Below are positions 60,573 to 64,000 of a stretch of DNA of 64,000 nucleotides, piece by piece. Position numbers and translations under genes: made by a program. The notes beneath the pieces were generated by a model. The model made no database searches. It saw nothing but the letters and a program-made list of their open reading frames with translations, and had not been told where the DNA came from. Numbering within the stretch: position 1 is the first letter of the stretch; each line of letters begins with the position of its first letter. Source of the stretch: Basidiobolus meristosporus CBS 931.73 (lineage: Eukaryota > Fungi > Basidiobolomycota); the NCBI GenBank assembly GCA_002104905.1, contig MCFE01000504.1, forward strand, positions 1,505 to 65,504. The letters are read 5' to 3'.

Positions 60573-62627
60573 GAGGGAAAGTCACCAAGTTGGTGAAATC
60601 TTTATTTGAGTTAAGAACTAATCTAAGTACAAATAAAGAAGCCAATTAAGAGGTCTAGAACCTCTCTAATAAGTAATCTAATTTATGTTTTGTTTCATCT
60701 CTAATGTTTGTTTCAATAAAGTAAAGCTCATCAGGGGTAAATATAAAACTCAGGGGTTTTGGGGGAAGTACAAATTATAGATGTTTCTGATCAATATAAT
60801 CCAAAACTGGAACCCAGCCTGGGATTAGGTGTAGTAGGAAAGGTGTGTGGACTTGTAAGTAGCTCTGCCACATAGATCTTAGATGGTCCTGAACCAGTAG
60901 TCTTGGTTTCTCAGCTTTTTGAAGTTCTGAAGCAAGCTCTGTTACTACAGCAGAGCCAACCAGGGTGTGCCAGCAAGAAGATTTCAGGGAGGAGTTAGAT
61001 TGAAGCCATTGTTTGATGGAGGGGTTATGTGATTTCTGAAGTTTGACTAGGAAGGAAGCCTGGAGATAGATCATTTGGATTTGGTATGAGTAGAACCCAA
61101 AGGCTCCATTAGTTGCATGGATATAGGGAGATACTGGAAGATAAAGTACCAAGGATCTGATACACTGATGGAGAAATTTATCCAGGCTGTGAAGTTCTCT
61201 GGAGGTTAGGGGTATAATGTGGAGACCAAATTCAAGTACCGGCAGTACATACTGCTTCAGAAGTATAGGGATCTTTTGAATTGGAGTGTCTGGAGTGACT
61301 ACTACCAGAAGCTTTTTGAGAGCCTGTTGGGCAAGACGGATCCTATTATTCAGGTGGAGCTTTGAGTCAATCCCATGTTGACAAAACGGCAGACCTAGAT
61401 ATATTGCAGTTTGTTGTGGCAGAATGCTAGTGTTCTGTATAGTTGTAGTGCACCCAATTGGGACTGTCTTGGAAATTGAGAGTGAGAGGTTGTTGGCAGC
61501 CAAGTACTTCTCAATGATGGCAGTGTCTGCTATGGGATTAGGAGTAGCAATCTTGATATCATCTGCATAGAGAGTTAGTAGTGGAGAGGGAGAGTCTGGT
61601 GAGGGGCCTTTTGGAAATAAAGGAAAGTCATGTAGGAATATCACAAATAGTTAGGGACCTAGTACAGATCCTTGGACTGCTCCATTTGGAACCTCATAAG
61701 TCTCTGATGTGCAACTTGGATGCAAAACTTTGGCTGAGTTCTCACAAAATAGAGAACGTACAAGAAGGGTCATTGGTAGTGTGGTAACTGCTAATAGCTT
61801 TCCCCAAAGCAGAGCTCTGTCCACAGAGTCAAAGGCTTGAGTAATGTCAAACAGAATGGTTGGCAATGAGAATTGAAGTGAATGATCATGGCTTAGCACT
61901 ACAGCCAAATCCAAGGAGAGTTTGGGCAAGAAGCCAAACTGAGAAGGATGGAATGGATATAGTTGAGATTGCAAGGATCTTGCTATTATAAGCTCAAAGA
62001 TTTTCCGGCAGGTTGGTAGGAGTGAAACTGGCCGGTAAGAACCTGGGAGTGAGTGTTTCCCCTTCCCTTTGTAGAAGGGTATTACATTTGCCTGTGACCA
62101 GGCCTTTGGGGTAGTCAATTGTTGGGCACAGATAGAGTAGAATGAGAGAAGTAAGTGACTCATTTTGGAGTAGCACACCCGGAGTAGATTGTAGGTAATC
62201 AAGTCATGTCCAGGTGCAGTATCTGCAGGAAGCTTCTATAAAATTTTCTCCAGAAGCTTTGCTGAAACCAAAATTGGAGATGTTGGACTGCTGGATATGT
62301 TACCAGTATGGTAGAAAGGAGGAGTGGGATGCACGGTTGAATCAAAGAATATAGGGGCCAGTTTGTCTGGTGATGGTATACTCCTTGCTTGGGGTCTCAT
62401 GGCTTTGTATACTCTTGATATGGACCTTGTGGTGGCATGCATATTTACTAAGGGCAAGGTATCCATGATATGAGCCCATAATCTAGTATGCTCAGTGATC
62501 TGTAGTGACCTGGAGTAGGAGATTGCGCTTTCCAGGAGGTTCTGTGTTTTTGGGCTAGGGAAACATAGGTAGCTGGAATTTAAGGCAGAAATGATGGATT
62601 TCCATTTAAGTTGGTTTGCAGATGGCT
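60573..62627 (-). mobile_element. 5'-truncated non-LTR (LINE) unit: linker, RT and 3' UTR, abutting TAAGGGTTAGGG at its 3' end
   Basis: One frame 62627-60775 with two in-frame stops (62236, 61651): APGHD, SYRPVSLL, QFGF, DITQAFDSVD, VQGSVLGP, LYADDI, YLGLPF; AATAAA near the 3' end. Confidence 0.88.
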
Positions 62628-62633
62628 TTAGGG

Positions 62634-63590
62634 GAGGGAAAGTCACCAAGGTAGGCAAAATCTTTATTTGATTTCAGACAAGTCTAACTACAAATAAAAA
62701 AGCCAGCTGGGAATAGAAGATTCCCAAAGTAAACACTAACTTGAATATGAATAAATCTAAGCTAAAGTTAAGGCAGTATCCCAGAGTACACTGGAGTTCA
62801 GGTTCTTGGGGGAGTGAAGTAGATAAGCTTGAGAAATATAATAATCTTTTAAGAAGTGGGTAACAGCAGGTGAAGGGGAGTTTTTGATAAGTGAGGTGAA
62901 TCTGGAGAGCAGAGATTCCTCTAAGGAGAAGGTCTTGTAAACTGGAGAATCAGGAAACTCTTTAAAGGCATGGTCAGTAGGTTCCCAGAAAAACTGGTCA
63001 GAGACATTTTGAGAGAATTGTTTAGCAATACTTTTGTCAAGTACTACCTCTAGAGTGTGATGGTTGATAAATCTCATGTTAACAATCTTGGATAAATTGT
63101 AACCTTGTTGCTTGAGATACATCCTATGCTCAGATATGGGAATGAACTCCACATTGGCAAAGTAGCAGACAGCCCAGTCAGTAGCAGGAGGCAAATCAGA
63201 AGTGGCAGGAAACTTTCTTTTAGTCTTGTGAGGAGCAGCCAGATGTCTTGAGGAAGCAGGAACAGACTTTTTGACAGCTTCAGAGTAGGAAGAGTGAGCA
63301 GGAGCAGATGATTCTTGGGGAGTCTTGTTAGCAGGAAGAGTTGGTACAGAGACAATAGATTCTTGCAGATCAGAGAAGGCAGAAAACAGCTTTTGAACTT
63401 GTTTCTTGTGTAAAGCATTTTCAGCTTCTACAAGTGCAAGCCTTTCCTCAAGGAAGGAAATCTGAAGGGAATGGAGTGAAGGCATCAGAAATAAGAAGAA
63501 GAGGGTAAGATGGGGTAGGTGGGTGGGAAAATTAGCAGGAAGGAGAGAAGGAAGGAGCAAAAAATTCCAGAAGTCAGAATTTATAGATGG
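62634..63590 (-). mobile_element. ORF1-only non-LTR unit: ORF1 (63485-62757) followed directly by the shared 3' end, abutting TTAGGG
   Basis: Open ORF with N-terminal coiled coil, SYSEAVKK and a domain resembling ORF1 of early-diverging fungal LINEs; ~125 bp after the stop comes the same ~70-bp 3' terminus as the RT unit; TATAAAT near 63580 on the minus strand. Confidence 0.72.
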
Positions 63591-63606
63591 ATGGACAAGG
63601 GTAGAT

Positions 63607-63775
63607 GGATGTACTGGTTTAATGAGAATCCATCAAGTGCTGAGGCAAAGGCATGATCATACATACCTTCAAAGTAGCCCTTGCTTCTGATCTATTTGTA
63701 ATGTTTGCCATCAACTATAAGGATATGTTTGTGCTTGAATGATACTGAGTGCGGAACTATATAGCTTTGCAAGAT
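63607..63775 (-). mobile_element. CACTA tnp2 fragment at the chromosome tip
   Basis: Aligns with ~7610-7790 (ATGAGAATCCATCAAGTGCT, ACCTTCAAAGTAG, TTTGTAATGTTTGCCATCAA, TATAGCTTTGCAA). Confidence 0.85.
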
Positions 63776-64000
63776 TTAGGGTTAGGGTTAGGGTTAGGGT
63801 TAGGGTTAGGGTTAGGGTTAGGGTTAGGGTTAGGGTTAGGGTTAGGGTTAGGGTTAGGGTTAGGGTTAGGGTTAGGGTTAGGGTTAGGGTTAGGGTTAGG
63901 GTTAGGGTTAGGGTTAGGGTTAGGGTTAGGGTTAGGGTTAGGGTTAGGGTTAGGGTTAGGGTTAGGGTTAGGGTTAGGGTTAGGGTTAGGGTTAGGGTTA
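63776..64000 (+). repeat. Telomeric array (TTAGGG)n, 37.5 perfect units to the window end
   Basis: Uninterrupted TTAGGG, G-rich strand running 5' to 3' toward the end. Confidence 0.99.

Noticed and set aside
60775-62627. Classifying the telomeric RT as a Penelope-like Athena/Coprina element, or as endonuclease-free
   Set aside because: Motifs (APG.D, YRPVSLL, QGSVLGP, YADD, YLG) are LINE-type, and the N-terminus is lost by truncation, so absence of an endonuclease cannot be shown.
62236-62658. Predicted start MPTLVTFPP for ORF2
   Set aside because: Those first codons are the 3' terminus of the neighbouring ORF1-only unit plus the CCCTAA junction; the open frame across it is coincidental.

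Overview
Right-hand end of a fungal chromosome, closing in a pure (TTAGGG)n array at 63776-64000. Short GT-AG introns, fungal ILV2/QCR8, the retroelement types and very high repeat content suggest an early-diverging fungus, possibly Zoopagomycota/Entomophthorales (inference only). Layout: (1) 1-~30850, a CpG-depleted nested transposon block: a Ty3/gypsy element split by a CACTA-type element, which holds a PIF/Harbinger-superfamily (Pangu-like) element, which holds a solo LTR, plus three foldback MITEs, a second gypsy family and a scrambled CACTA cluster; (2) ~31000-49900, a CpG-normal gene island (ILV2, QCR8, 5-hydroxyisourate hydrolase, GPI-anchored Cys-rich protein, CC1-box coiled-coil protein, DIM-5/Clr4-like H3K9 methyltransferase, NDUFAF4-like protein, F-box/SUKH-like protein); (3) copia solo LTRs, then a small island with U1 snRNA and an UNC93-like MFS gene; (4) 54450-63775, subtelomere with a full-length decayed copia and, most notably, two head-to-tail non-LTR retroelement units (one RT-bearing, one ORF1-only) that share a 3' end, each abut TTAGGG and point 3' toward the centromere, resembling a HeT-A/TART-like telomere-targeted pair. 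Repeats also show a strong TCG/CGA-biased C-to-T signature. All counts and alignments were done by eye and are approximate.
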